DNA from: Hyalangium minutum
Lineage (GTDB): Bacteria > Myxococcota > Myxococcia > Myxococcales > Myxococcaceae
Reading direction: 5' to 3'
Length of the DNA stretch: 248,000 bases
Assembly: GCF_000737315.1 (NCBI RefSeq)
Contig: NZ_JMCB01000013.1
Location: 20,001-268,000, forward strand
Below the pieces are notes generated by a model. The model had not been told where the DNA came from. It did not search any database and saw only the letters and a list, made by a program, of their open reading frames with translations. Below are positions 129,808 through 142,200 of this stretch, piece by piece. Numbering within the stretch: position 1 is the stretch's first letter; each line of letters opens with the position of its first letter. Both the position numbers and the translations under genes were made by a program.

Positions 129808-131868
129808 TCAGCGCCGCGGCATCTGCAACTTGATGTTGAACACGTAGTCCACCGCGACCACCTGGCCCTTATAGAGGATGGGCTTGTAGACGCGCGACAG
129901 CAGCGCCGCCACCACCGTCTGCTCCATGAGCGGCACGGACTTGAGCACGCGGCAGCTCTGCACGCGGCCCTCGCGGGTGATGGTGCACTTCACCAGCATG
130001 GTTCCCTGCACCCGGGCCGCCAGCGCCTCGCGGGTATAGGTGATCTCCTTGCCTTCGAGCTGCTCCGGCCGGCTCATGCCATCGCCGTACGGCATGGGCT
130101 TGGCGCCCGCCGCAGCGAGCACGTTGGCCGGGAGCACCTGCACGGCCCCCCCGCTGCCTGACGTCTCCGTGGGAGCGTTGTCGGAATCGGCCGCCTTGGC
130201 CACGGGCGCCGAGGGCGCCAGGGACTCCGCCGGATGCAGCGAGGCCATGGAGGTGGCGGGCTCCAGGCTGGAGCCGCGCGCACTGGCGAACTCGGTCCTC
130301 GAGCCCGGCAGGCCTCCCCGGCGCCTCTGCAGCTTCTGCGAGAGCACCACGTCTCCCGAGCCACCGGTGATCACGGCCTCGGTCTGGTAGCCCTCGAGCG
130401 CGAAGACGAGCTCGGCCGTCACCGTGCCGTCGCCGCCCGCGGGGAGCTCCAGGACGAACGGCGTCGTGCCGCGCTCCTTGCCCTGGTAATAGACGCGCGC
130501 GCCCGTGGGCTCGCTCATGAGGCGGAAGCGCACCTTCTGGGGCGCCGCCTGCGTGGGCTCGGGCGCGGCCGGGGGAGGCGTCGAGGGAGCCGGGGCCGCC
130601 GCGGGCGTTGCCTCGGCCACCACGGGTGCGGCGGGAGGGGCCTCCTTCGGGCGCATCACGGCGAACGTCGTCCCCAGCCCGAGGACGATGGCACCCCCAG
130701 CCAGCGCCAGGGCCAGCGTCTTGCGCTTGCGGCCCTTGGCCGCCGACTCGGGCTCCTCGACGCTGATGTCCAGCGCCAGGGTGGAAGAGCTGGTGTCCGT
130801 GGCTGCGGCGGACGCGAAGGCAGGGGAGGGGTGGGGGCCCGTGGTCGCCCCGGCACCGGGACGCTTGAAGATGCCGCTGTGGCCACCGGCGGCCATGTTG
130901 GCCGTCCGCAGCGCCTCCAGCATCTCGTCCATGGACTGGTAGCGCCGCGCGGGATCCTTCTCCAGGCAGCGCATCACCACGTGCTCGATGTCCGCGGGTA
131001 CGGGGTGGTGCGGCCGCAGCGAGTTGAAGGGCGGAGGCGGCTCCTTGCAGTGCGCGAAGATGAGCTCCAGGTGGTCCCGCGCGATGAACGGTGGGCGGCC
131101 CTGCAGCATCTGGTACATCACCACGCCCAGCGAGTAGATGTCGCTGCGCGCGTCCGACACGTTGCGCGCCTGCTCCGGAGCCATGTACTGCGGCGAGCCG
131201 AGGAACGTGCCGCTCTGGGTGATCTCCGGGTTGAGTGCCGCCTGGGCCTCATTCTCGGCGATGTACTTCACCAGGCCGAAGTCCAGCACCTTCACCAGAT
131301 CCTGGTCCGACTCATTCAGGAGCATGATGTTGGCGGGCTTCAGGTCCCGGTGGACGATGCCGATGCCGTGGGCCTCGCGCAGGGAGCGACAGACCTGTTG
131401 CACGATGGCAATCACCCGGCTCCACGGCAGGGAGCCAGATTGGGCGAGCGCCTGCGCAAGTGTCCTACCCTCCAGGTACTCCATGGCGATGTAGTAGATG
131501 CCGTCTTCGCTCTGGCCGTAGTCGATCACCGTCACCGTATTGGGGTGGCGGAGCTTGGACGTGAGCGAGGCCTCGCGCAGGAAGCGCTGCTGAAAGCCGG
131601 GATCCTTGGTGCTGGGGAAGCTGGGGTTGAGGACCTTGAGCGCCACCACCCGGTCCAGCGGGGCCTGCATGGCCTTGTACACCTTGCCCATGCCGCCGAT
131701 GCCAATCGGCTCGGTGATGCTGAAGCGACCATTGAGTGTCCGGCCAACGAGCGGATCCCCCCCGGGGGTCGCAACGGCCTCAGTGCTCGGAGCGTCACTC
131801 TTGATCATTCCTGCCCCCTGCCTGCAAACGACATCCATGCCTCCGTCCCGGGTCCCGGTGACCATCAA
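129808..131868 (-). CDS. Ser/Thr kinase with TM, PEGA-like and TonB C-terminal domains
   Basis: HRDLKPAN, DFG, APE; YTREA..VQGTMLVKCTITREGRV. Confidence 0.88.
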   Translation of the reverse strand: MMVTGTRDGGMDVVCRQGAGMIKSDAPSTEAVATPGGDPLVGRTLNGRFSITEPIGIGGMGKVYKAMQAPLDRVVALKVLNPSFPSTKDPGFQQRFLREASLTSKLRHPNTVTVIDYGQSEDGIYYIAMEYLEGRTLAQALAQSGSLPWSRVIAIVQQVCRSLREAHGIGIVHRDLKPANIMLLNESDQDLVKVLDFGLVKYIAENEAQAALNPEITQSGTFLGSPQYMAPEQARNVSDARSDIYSLGVVMYQMLQGRPPFIARDHLELIFAHCKEPPPPFNSLRPHHPVPADIEHVVMRCLEKDPARRYQSMDEMLEALRTANMAAGGHSGIFKRPGAGATTGPHPSPAFASAAATDTSSSTLALDISVEEPESAAKGRKRKTLALALAGGAIVLGLGTTFAVMRPKEAPPAAPVVAEATPAAAPAPSTPPPAAPEPTQAAPQKVRFRLMSEPTGARVYYQGKERGTTPFVLELPAGGDGTVTAELVFALEGYQTEAVITGGSGDVVLSQKLQRRRGGLPGSRTEFASARGSSLEPATSMASLHPAESLAPSAPVAKAADSDNAPTETSGSGGAVQVLPANVLAAAGAKPMPYGDGMSRPEQLEGKEITYTREALAARVQGTMLVKCTITREGRVQSCRVLKSVPLMEQTVVAALLSRVYKPILYKGQVVAVDYVFNIKLQMPRR

Positions 131869-132043
131869 ACCACAACCGCAAGTCCGCCGCGATCACCGCC
131901 CAGCACCCACCGTATCAGGTCGGACACAGCGTTTTGGAGCAGCCGAGGAAGCGACCTTGGCCGCTCGCCCGCATTGACGGTCCTCCATTGGGCAGACTAC
132001 GTTTCGGACTTACCCGAGCCCGATTTTCGGGTGGGTCTCCCCG

Positions 132044-132610
132044 ATGGCTGAAACTCCCACAAATCCGGCGGAATCCCAGGCCCAACGTGCCTCTGTCCAG
132101 CGGCGGCTGATCTCGCTGGAGAACGAGCTGGCGCGGCTGCGGCGAGAACTCTTTCACCTTGGCGGCGAACACCGGCTGCCCGGGCTTTTCCTCACTGTAG
132201 AGGTCGCCGGCACCCAGGTGCTCTTGCCTTCTGACGCAGTGCAGGAGGTGGTCCGGCTGGTGGAGCTGCAGATCCTCCCAAGCTCACCCCCGCATGTGCT
132301 GGGCGCCTTCGTCTACCGAGGCGTGTCCGCCATCGCGGTGGATCTGGCCCGGATGATGGGGGTGGAGCGCGAGCCCTCGCTGGATGCCCACCTGGTGGTG
132401 TGCTCCGGCATCCGCACCGTGGCGCTGCTGGTGGACCACGTGCAGGACATCGTCGAGGCACCGTTGCTGGTGGATCGGGTGGAGGAGACCGAACAGAGGT
132501 CTCCGTGGGACAAGACCGGCTTGATGGCGGGGCTGTGCCGCTCTTCGGATGGCGCCTTGCGCCCGCTCTTGAAGACCTCGGCCATCCTAGCGGTCCCGGA
132601 GGAGACGTGA
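132044..132610 (+). CDS. cheW: CheW adaptor (Che4-type cluster)
   Basis: VQEVV, HVLG.F.YRG, LLVDHV. Confidence 0.8.
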   Translation: MAETPTNPAESQAQRASVQRRLISLENELARLRRELFHLGGEHRLPGLFLTVEVAGTQVLLPSDAVQEVVRLVELQILPSSPPHVLGAFVYRGVSAIAVDLARMMGVEREPSLDAHLVVCSGIRTVALLVDHVQDIVEAPLLVDRVEETEQRSPWDKTGLMAGLCRSSDGALRPLLKTSAILAVPEET

Positions 132611-133998
132611 GTGAGGGGCCGCGAGTGGACTCGCTCGATGAGGCCACGCTAAGCCGGGTCGAAGAGGTGCTGCGCGAGGCCAGCGGGATGACCCTGGCCT
132701 CCAGCGTGCGGCGCTCGCTGAGCACGGCCATCACCCGTGCGGCCGAGGCCCGGGGCATGGAGATCCCCGCCTTCCTCCAGAAGCTGCTGGCCCGCGAGGC
132801 GGCGGTGGTGGAGCAGTTCATCGAGTACGCTGTCATTGGCGAGACGTACTTCTTCCGCCACCCCGAGCACCTGCGCGAGCTGGGCCGGGTGGCCGCGCTG
132901 AAGGAGGACGGCCTGTTCCGCGTGTGGAGCGCGGGCTGCGCCACCGGCGAGGAGGCCTACAGCATCGCCATGACGCTGATGGCCGCGGGGCTGCCCGTGG
133001 AGCGCATCCGCGTGACGGCCAGCGACATCTCCGCCCGCTCGCTGCAGCGCGCCCGCGCCGCCACCTATGGCCCCTGGTCCGTGCGCCGCATCGAGCCCTC
133101 CATGGAGCGGCGCTTCCTGACGCCCCAGGGCGATCTGGTGATGGTCAGCTCCCAGGCGCGGCGGCCGGTGGAGTTCCTCCGCCACAACCTGGTGCTCGAC
133201 ACGGCGCCCGTGTCCGAGCAGGACGCCGTCTTCTGCCGCAACGTCCTCATCTACTTCCCCCACGAGTTGGTGCGGCAGGTGATCGCCAAGCTCATCGGCG
133301 CGCTCGTGCCCGGCGGGCTGCTCTTCCTGGCGCCCGCGGAGATCCCTCTCACCAATGGCATGGGGCTGGAGCAGCTCGACGTGCAGGGCTCGCCGGTCCT
133401 CCGGCTGCCCCGGCCCCGGGCCGCCACGCCCGTGGAGACCGTGGCCGTCACCACTCCGGCGGGGCCCGACCCCAAGCAGGAGCTGCTGCGCAAGCTGAAG
133501 GCGCCCGTCCTCGGCTCGGTGTCCACGGTCCGCCCGGCTCCGGCTCCCGTTCCGTCCCCCGAGCCCCCGGCGCCTGTCCGTACAGGTGCGTCCGCAGGCT
133601 CCGGTGCGGCGGCCAGTGATGACGTGATGCGTCAAGCGCTGAGAGCAGCCCAGGAAGGAAAGTTTGACCAGGCTGAAGAGCTGGCCAAGGAAGCGGCTCG
133701 GAAGCTTGTCCCCGAAGCATACCTGCTGCTGGCCATGGTCACGGAGACCCGGGGCAACCTGAACGCGGCGGTGGATTTGGTCCGCAAGGCACTGTATCTG
133801 GACCCGTCGATGGCGCTTGGCCACGCTACGCTGATGACGCTGTACTCGCGGCTGAGCAAGCGGGAAGAGGCGGAGCGGGCCCGGCAGAACGCGTTGCGCG
133901 CGCTGGATGGGTTGGACGACGAGCATCTACTCCGGGGAGTGGAAACGATGACGGCGGGAGGCTTGCGGCAGGCGCTGGCCGCTCGCAATCGGACATGA
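132607..133998 (+). CDS. cheR: CheR methyltransferase with TPR
   Basis: ETYFFRH, WSAGCATGEEAYS, CRNVLIYF. Confidence 0.9.
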   Translation: MSEGPRVDSLDEATLSRVEEVLREASGMTLASSVRRSLSTAITRAAEARGMEIPAFLQKLLAREAAVVEQFIEYAVIGETYFFRHPEHLRELGRVAALKEDGLFRVWSAGCATGEEAYSIAMTLMAAGLPVERIRVTASDISARSLQRARAATYGPWSVRRIEPSMERRFLTPQGDLVMVSSQARRPVEFLRHNLVLDTAPVSEQDAVFCRNVLIYFPHELVRQVIAKLIGALVPGGLLFLAPAEIPLTNGMGLEQLDVQGSPVLRLPRPRAATPVETVAVTTPAGPDPKQELLRKLKAPVLGSVSTVRPAPAPVPSPEPPAPVRTGASAGSGAAASDDVMRQALRAAQEGKFDQAEELAKEAARKLVPEAYLLLAMVTETRGNLNAAVDLVRKALYLDPSMALGHATLMTLYSRLSKREEAERARQNALRALDGLDDEHLLRGVETMTAGGLRQALAARNRT

Positions 133999-134047
133999 TG
134001 GCAGGGGCGCAGTAAGGCGCGTGTGCGCGCAATAGCTGGGAGGTCAC

Positions 134048-135675
<1,628 letters not shown>

Positions 135676-135679
<4 letters not shown>

Positions 135680-136092
135680 ACACGGCCGCGACACGAGGCG
135701 CACCGCTGAAGGTCCTGATCGTCGAGGACACCAAGACGATCACCAACCTTCTGCAGGTGTACCTGATGGGGTGGGGGCTCCAGTTCTTCGATGCCGGCAA
135801 CGGCGTCCAGGGACTGGCCAAGGCACGTGAGATCAAGCCGGATCTGATCATCTCCGACGTGCAGATGCCGGAGATGGACGGCTTCGCGCTCTGCGCGGCG
135901 GTGAGGGCGGACTCCTCACTGCACGCCACGCCCTTCCTGCTGCTCACTTCGCTCAAGGACGAGGCCAGCCGCCAGCGCGGCCGGCTGGTGGGCGCCAGCG
136001 CCTTCCTCAACAAGCCCGTCTCCGTGGACGAGCTGCGGGAGCGCGTGCGCGAGCTGCTGAAACTCCCTGTGAAGGGCCCCACGGGCCGCTGA
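135676..136092 (+). CDS. cheY: CheY-like response regulator
   Basis: IVED, SDVQMP, NKP. Confidence 0.82.
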
Positions 136093-136099
136093 GCCGCCG

Positions 136100-136675
136100 A
136101 TGGCCACCGAAGACACCAAGGTCGAGATCGACTACTCCACCCTCATCCAGCGCTTGGATGAGGCGCGAGCGGTGATCGAGAACGCCCAGGTGAGCCCGGA
136201 GAAGCGCCGCGAGGTGCTCTCCACGCGGGCGCGCGCCCTGGCGGGCTCTCGCGAAGAGGTTCGGCCCGAGGTCCTCACCGTGCTGGTGTTCCAGGTGGGC
136301 GGCGAGCGCTACGCGGTCCCCATCGAGCAGGTGGACCATGTGCTGGAGTCCCGAGGGCTGTGCGCCCTGCCCGGGGCGCCGAGGCATGTCATGGGTGCGC
136401 TGGTGTCACGCTCGCGCGTGGTGCCGGTGTTGGACCTGCGTCAGCTGCTGGGCCTGGAAGGAGGCGGTATGTCCGACCTGGCCAAGGTGGTGGTGGTGGA
136501 CGTGGCCGGGGATGCCTTCGGCATTGCCGCCGAGATGGTGGACGGGCGCGCGGAGCTCTTGCGCTCCACGCTCTCCCAGCCTCCTCCCGGGCCCTTCCTG
136601 TACCTGACGCCGGATCGACTCACCGTGCTGGACGTGATCCAGCTGGGGCTTCCGTCCGCCGAGAGGCGGGGGTAG
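136100..136675 (+). CDS. cheW: CheW adaptor
   Basis: VGGERYAVP, VVPVLDLRQLLG. Confidence 0.85.
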   Translation: MATEDTKVEIDYSTLIQRLDEARAVIENAQVSPEKRREVLSTRARALAGSREEVRPEVLTVLVFQVGGERYAVPIEQVDHVLESRGLCALPGAPRHVMGALVSRSRVVPVLDLRQLLGLEGGGMSDLAKVVVVDVAGDAFGIAAEMVDGRAELLRSTLSQPPPGPFLYLTPDRLTVLDVIQLGLPSAERRG

Positions 136676-136684
136676 GCGAGGCGC

Positions 136685-139273
136685 ATGGACGAGCAGGTCC
136701 TTCGCAGCATCTGGCCCATCTTCTCCGCGGAGACGCGCGAGCAGATTCAGGCCATCTTCGAGAAGATCGAGATCCTCGAGAAGGATCCGGCCGGCCGGGA
136801 TCCGGACCTCTTCCCGTCCATGAAGCGGTTGGTCCACAGCCTGAAGGGCTCCGCCGCGAGCCTCGGGCTGTCGGAGATCGAGCAGGTCGTCCACGCCATC
136901 GAGGATGGGCTGGCCCGCTTCCGCTGGGACGAGCAACTGCCCGGTGAAGTGGTCAGCGTCACCGTCCGAGGGCTGCAGAAGATCGAGGACGCCCTGGGAC
137001 GCGGTGACCAGGGCGGCGAGCCGGTCATCGACGGGCTCGCGGAGCTGCTGGCCTCCCTCGGACGGGGCGGGGAACTCAAGGGGCCGAACAAGGAGCGGGA
137101 GAAGGAGAAGGAGCGCCACCGTGCTCTGGAGCGGTTCCGCCAGGACGCGATGATGGTGCTGGGGAAGCTCGAGGAGGCGCTGATCGCGCTGGTCTCGCCG
137201 GACGTGCCGGATCGCCCGGGCACCGTGAGCGCGGCGGTGGCGCTGGCCCAGTCGCTCAAGAACAAGGCCGAGACCGCCAAGGAGACCCGCGTCGCTCCGC
137301 TCGTGGAGCGGATGGCCGCGGCCTTCTCGAGGATGGAGCAGGCGGGTGACACCGCCAGCATCGCCGCGTCACAGCTCACGGAGATCCTCGTGGAGCTTCG
137401 TGGCGTGCTCGTGCCCAATGAGCCGGCGCCCTCCGCTGCCCCAGAGTCTGCTCCGGCTGCCGCGCCCGTTCCGGCAAAGCAGGTTGCTCAGGCCCTGCGC
137501 GCCGCCAGCGAGGCCTCCACTGCGCCCGCTCCCAGCACGGGTGAGGGCAAGGGGCCCGTGGATCAGGCGGTCCGCGTCTCGGTGAAGACGCTGGAGTCGC
137601 TGGGGCTCCAGGTGGAGCACCTCATCTCGGGCCGCGCCTTGCAGATGCGCCGGACGGATGCGCTCCGGGACCTGCTCGACAACACGCACGACACCATCGT
137701 TCACCTGGAGCGCTCCGCGTCGCACCTGTCCCTGTCGGGCGGGGGCGAGGCGCTGGAGTCCCTGCGGACGGGTGTGCTCAACCTGCGCAGCATCCAGAAG
137801 CGGTTGGTGGAGCTGCTGAAGGAAGGCACCCGCGAGGGTGAGCAGCTCAACCTCGTGGCCCAGGTGGTGCGCGACGACCTGCGCGACATGCGCATGGTGC
137901 CCGCCGCGCAGGTGCTGGAGCCGCTGCGACGCACGGTGCGCGAGGTGAGCTCGCGCCTGGGCAAGCAGGTGGAGCTCTTCATCTCGGGCGGAGACGTGCG
138001 GCTGGACCGCCGCATCCTGGATGCCTTGAAGGATCCGCTGCAGCACCTGGTGCGCAACGCCATCGACCACGGCATCGAGATGCCGGACGTCCGCCGCGAG
138101 GCGGACAAGAACGAGAAGGGCAAGCTCTGGATTCGCGTGGAGCCGCGAGGCACCCGCATCGCCGTCGTCGTGGAGGATGACGGCGGAGGCTTGTCTCCCG
138201 CGAGGGTGCGCGCCACCGCCGTGAAGCGCGGGCTGTTGAGCTCGGAGGCCGCGGCGAAGCTCCCGGATGCTCAGGCCGCGCGGCTCATCTTCCAGCCCGG
138301 CTTCTCCACCCGAGACCAGGTGACGGAGACCTCCGGCCGTGGCGTGGGCCTGGACGTGGTGCTGGCCACCGCCCAGCGGCTTCAGGGCGCGGTGGACATC
138401 TCCTACACCGAGGGGCAGGGGACGCGCTTCACCATCGATCTGCCGCTCTCGCTGGCCTCCGCGCTGGGGCTGCTGATCCGCGTGGGCACGGCCATCGTTG
138501 CCGTGCCTTCGGACATGGTCGAGCGCGTGTTCCGGCTGGCCCCGGGTGACGTGGGCACGGTGGCCGGACGTGTGGTGGCTCGCGTGGACAACGAGCAGAT
138601 CACCTTCCTCTCGCTCTCCGAGGCCATCGGGCTGCCCCGGCTGCCGCTGGCGCTCGAGGCCGGGAAGATGCAGACGGTCATGCTGCTCACGCTCGGCAAG
138701 GAGCGGGCGCTGTACGCCATTGATGAGGTGGTGGGACAGCAGGACGTCGTCGTCCGCACGCTGGGTCCGCACCTGAAGGGCGTGGCGCACCTGGCGGGCG
138801 CCGCCGTGCTGGATGACGGCCGCTTGGTGCCGGTGCTCAACGCGCCGGAGTTGTTGCGCGCCGCCGCCCCGAGCACGCGCGGCATCAGCACCGGCGAGAT
138901 CCGCCGTCCTCGCGTCCTGGTGACGGACGACTCGCTGACCACGCGCTTCGCGATGAAGTCGCTGCTGGAGATCGCCGGCTACCCGGTGGTCACCGCGTCG
139001 GACGGCGAGGAGGCCTGGGAGGTGCTGGAGCGCACGCCTTGCCAGCTCGTGGTCAGCGACTGGCAGATGCCCCGGCTGGACGGCGTGGGCCTCACGCGGC
139101 GCATTCGCGCCCACCCGACGCTCAATCGCACGCCCGTCATCCTCGTCACCTCGCTCGACAGCCCCGAGGAGCGGGCCGAGGGCCTCGAGGCGGGCGCGGA
139201 CGGCTACCTCGTCAAGCGCGAGGTGGAGCGCGGCAAGCTGCTGGAACTCGTGCGGCAGCTGATGCCTGGGTAG
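136685..139273 (+). CDS. cheA: CheA histidine kinase with C-terminal receiver
   Basis: HSLKG, HLVRNAIDHG, SGRGVGLD, REC. Confidence 0.93.
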   Translation: MDEQVLRSIWPIFSAETREQIQAIFEKIEILEKDPAGRDPDLFPSMKRLVHSLKGSAASLGLSEIEQVVHAIEDGLARFRWDEQLPGEVVSVTVRGLQKIEDALGRGDQGGEPVIDGLAELLASLGRGGELKGPNKEREKEKERHRALERFRQDAMMVLGKLEEALIALVSPDVPDRPGTVSAAVALAQSLKNKAETAKETRVAPLVERMAAAFSRMEQAGDTASIAASQLTEILVELRGVLVPNEPAPSAAPESAPAAAPVPAKQVAQALRAASEASTAPAPSTGEGKGPVDQAVRVSVKTLESLGLQVEHLISGRALQMRRTDALRDLLDNTHDTIVHLERSASHLSLSGGGEALESLRTGVLNLRSIQKRLVELLKEGTREGEQLNLVAQVVRDDLRDMRMVPAAQVLEPLRRTVREVSSRLGKQVELFISGGDVRLDRRILDALKDPLQHLVRNAIDHGIEMPDVRREADKNEKGKLWIRVEPRGTRIAVVVEDDGGGLSPARVRATAVKRGLLSSEAAAKLPDAQAARLIFQPGFSTRDQVTETSGRGVGLDVVLATAQRLQGAVDISYTEGQGTRFTIDLPLSLASALGLLIRVGTAIVAVPSDMVERVFRLAPGDVGTVAGRVVARVDNEQITFLSLSEAIGLPRLPLALEAGKMQTVMLLTLGKERALYAIDEVVGQQDVVVRTLGPHLKGVAHLAGAAVLDDGRLVPVLNAPELLRAAAPSTRGISTGEIRRPRVLVTDDSLTTRFAMKSLLEIAGYPVVTASDGEEAWEVLERTPCQLVVSDWQMPRLDGVGLTRRIRAHPTLNRTPVILVTSLDSPEERAEGLEAGADGYLVKREVERGKLLELVRQLMPG

Positions 139274-139288
139274 TCCGGGCGCTCCGGC

Positions 139289-142200
139289 TCAGAGCGCCTC
139301 CACCGTCACCGTGTTGTCTTCCGGCTTCCGGTCGATCAGCTTGTAGAGCGGATCCAGCCCCGCCTTGGCGGGGCGCGTGCTCACCTGCACGGTGAAGCTG
139401 ACGTCCCCCTGCTGGATGAGGCGCTTCTCCAGGAAGAGGGGCTTGCCGTCCGCGTCGAGCACGCCCACGTCCACGTAGTCGTTGAGCGGGAGTTCCTTCT
139501 CCTGGCCCAGCCCGTCCGCCTCCACCTTGCGAGCCTTGGCGGTGATCTTCACCTCGAAGCGCCCGTTGGGCAGGGCCGTGGAGGTGGCGGTGACAGCGCG
139601 GTTCTCGTAGAGGGTGATGCGGTCGAAGAAGTCCTCGAGCAGGTAGCGCAGGTGATCGGGCGTCACCGCGCGCAGCTCGGCGATCAGCTCGGGCGAGTGG
139701 GTGAACGGAGGCGACTGGTACGCCGTCTTTCGGAGGAAGGAGGCGAGGGCCTGGTTCACCTTGTCCTCGCCCAGGTAGTCCTGCAGCGCGTACATGATGA
139801 GGCTGCCCTTGCGGTAATGGACGTAGCCCTGGTTCTCTACGCGCCCCAGGGGCATCTCCTTGTTGCGCTCGATGCTGCGGCCATTGAGGTAGCGGTCCAG
139901 CTCGTAGCGCAGAAAGCGGCCCATCTTCTCCGCCCCGTACTTGCGCTTCATCACCATCAGCGCCGAGTACTGCGACAGCGTCTCCGACAAGAGCGTGGCG
140001 CCCTGTACGTTGCCGCCGACCACCTGGTGCGCCCACCACTGGTGGGCCACTTCGTGCGCGGTGACGTAGTACGGGTAGTCCACGTCCTTGGGATCGTCCG
140101 GATCCACCCGGGCGATGAAGCCGATGCTCTCCGAGTAGGGGATGGTGTTGGGGAAGGACTGGGCGAAGGAGGCGTAGCGGGGGAACTCCAGGATGCGCAC
140201 CTGCCGGTGCTGGTACGGGCTGAAGGCGTTCGTGAAGTAGTCCAGCGAATCCTTCACGGACGCGATCATCCGGTCCAGGTTGTACTCGTGGCCGGGATGG
140301 TAATAGACCTCGATGGCCACGCCGTTCCACGCGTCGCGCTTCACCTGCCAGCGCGCGGAGAGGAATGAGAAGAAGCTCAGGATGGGGCGGTCCATCTTGT
140401 AGTGGAAGTAGCGCCGCCCGCCCTCGGTCCACTCGCGCTCCAAGTAGCCGGGCGCCAGGGCGATCTGATCGGGCGAGGTGCTGACGGTGGTCTCGAAGGT
140501 GATCCAGTCCGAGTCCGAGCCGATATAGGTGTTCATCCGCGCCTTCAGATCGTTGACGTCGGCCATGCGCTCCTTGGGGGCCAGTCCCAGGCGGCGGCGG
140601 GTGTCCTCGTCCGACAGCTCGGAGTTCTCCTGGTAGCCCAGGTGAGGCAAGGCCTCGCTGTTGACGAAGGTGCCGTTGTCCACCACCTCCGTGGGCTGTG
140701 ATCTGTTCTTGAAGCCTCGGGCTGCGTACTCGAGATCAAAGCTCAGCTCCGCCTTCGCGCCGGGCGCGAGCGGCTCTGGCAGGCGGTACGTATAGAAGCC
140801 GAGCCGCGTGTCCTGCTCCGAGGCGGTGTCCAGCCCCACCACCGAGAGCTTGTGGATCGTCAGCTCCGAGCGGGGCGGGAGGTTCACGTAAACCGTCTTC
140901 ACCGGCTGGCCCGAGCGATTCTCCAAGCCGTAGATGCCCAGGAAGCGGACGCGGGCCTCCTGGGGATAGATGTCCGTCTGCACCTTCACCGACACGATGC
141001 GCGGCTGGGGCTCCGAGGAGAGGGCCTTGTACTTCTTCTCGTAGTCCGCCTGCTCGGCCTGCTGCTCCCGCTCGGTGAGGTAGCGGTTGAGGCGGTTGGT
141101 GTTGTGGAAGATGGAGATGCCCACTCCCGCGAAGCCGAGCAGCGCGACCGCGAGTCCCACACGCACCGGACCGGACAGCCGCGTCCCCACTGTGCGCAGC
141201 CGCCAGGAGGCGCCCTCCTCGGAGCCTCGGGCCCAGAAGAGGTGGGCCGCCAGGGCCAGCGCCAGGGCCGCCAGCCCCCAGTACAGGTGGAACCAGAAGT
141301 ACGGCCGGAGGAACGGCCCGAAGCCGTTCATGTCTGAGTACGTGTACGAGGGCGAGCCCGCGTAGCTGTACAGGTTGTGCTCGAAGCCGAACTGCGAGGC
141401 GAACTGCGAGAGCACCAGGTAGAGCACCATGATGAAGTGCCCCACGTACTTGTGGTTGACCACCACGTGGATGAACACCGCGAGCACGCACAGCAGCCAC
141501 AGATCCGGCAGCCGCAGGCCGAACAGCTCCGTCACGTAGAGGCCCAGCTCGAAGTGCGTGTAGCCCTTCGCAGCCTGGACGATGAGCCCGCAGAGGAACA
141601 CCACGCAGGTGAGGATCACCTGCACACCCATGAGGGCCAGCAGCTTGGAGACGTATGGGAGCCAGCCCGGCGTAGGCAGCGCGTCCATCAGCCCGCTCAT
141701 CTGCGCGTCTCGCTCCCGCCAGATGAGCTCGCCCGAATAGAAGGTGATGATGATGATGTGGAAGAGGGCGAAGGTGCCGCCCACCATCTCCAGCACCATG
141801 TACGTCACGGGCCAGGTGTTGGTGCCGTACATCGAGCCCATGGCGCGCGCGCTGATGAAGACGAAGAGCACCCCCGCGAGCACCATCACCAGGAAGTAGA
141901 CGTTCTTCACCGTCTCCTTCAGGTCCAGCCACGTCAGCTTCGGGAGCAGCCGCAGGAAGGTGGTACCTCGGAAGTCCCGGTTGAGCGCGGGCAGCGGAGC
142001 GATGGAGGCGGGGAGCGCGGGCTCGGAGGAGGGCTCCTGCTCCTTCTGGCCCCGGAGGGGCAGTGCGTGCGTCCGCTGGAAGCGCACGTACGTGAAGACG
142101 AGCGCCACGATGCCCACCGCCAGCCACACCAGCCGGTTGAGCAGGAACCAGCCCTCCAGGGGCAGCAGGCGGGTGTTCTTCTCGGCCACCGTCCAGTACT

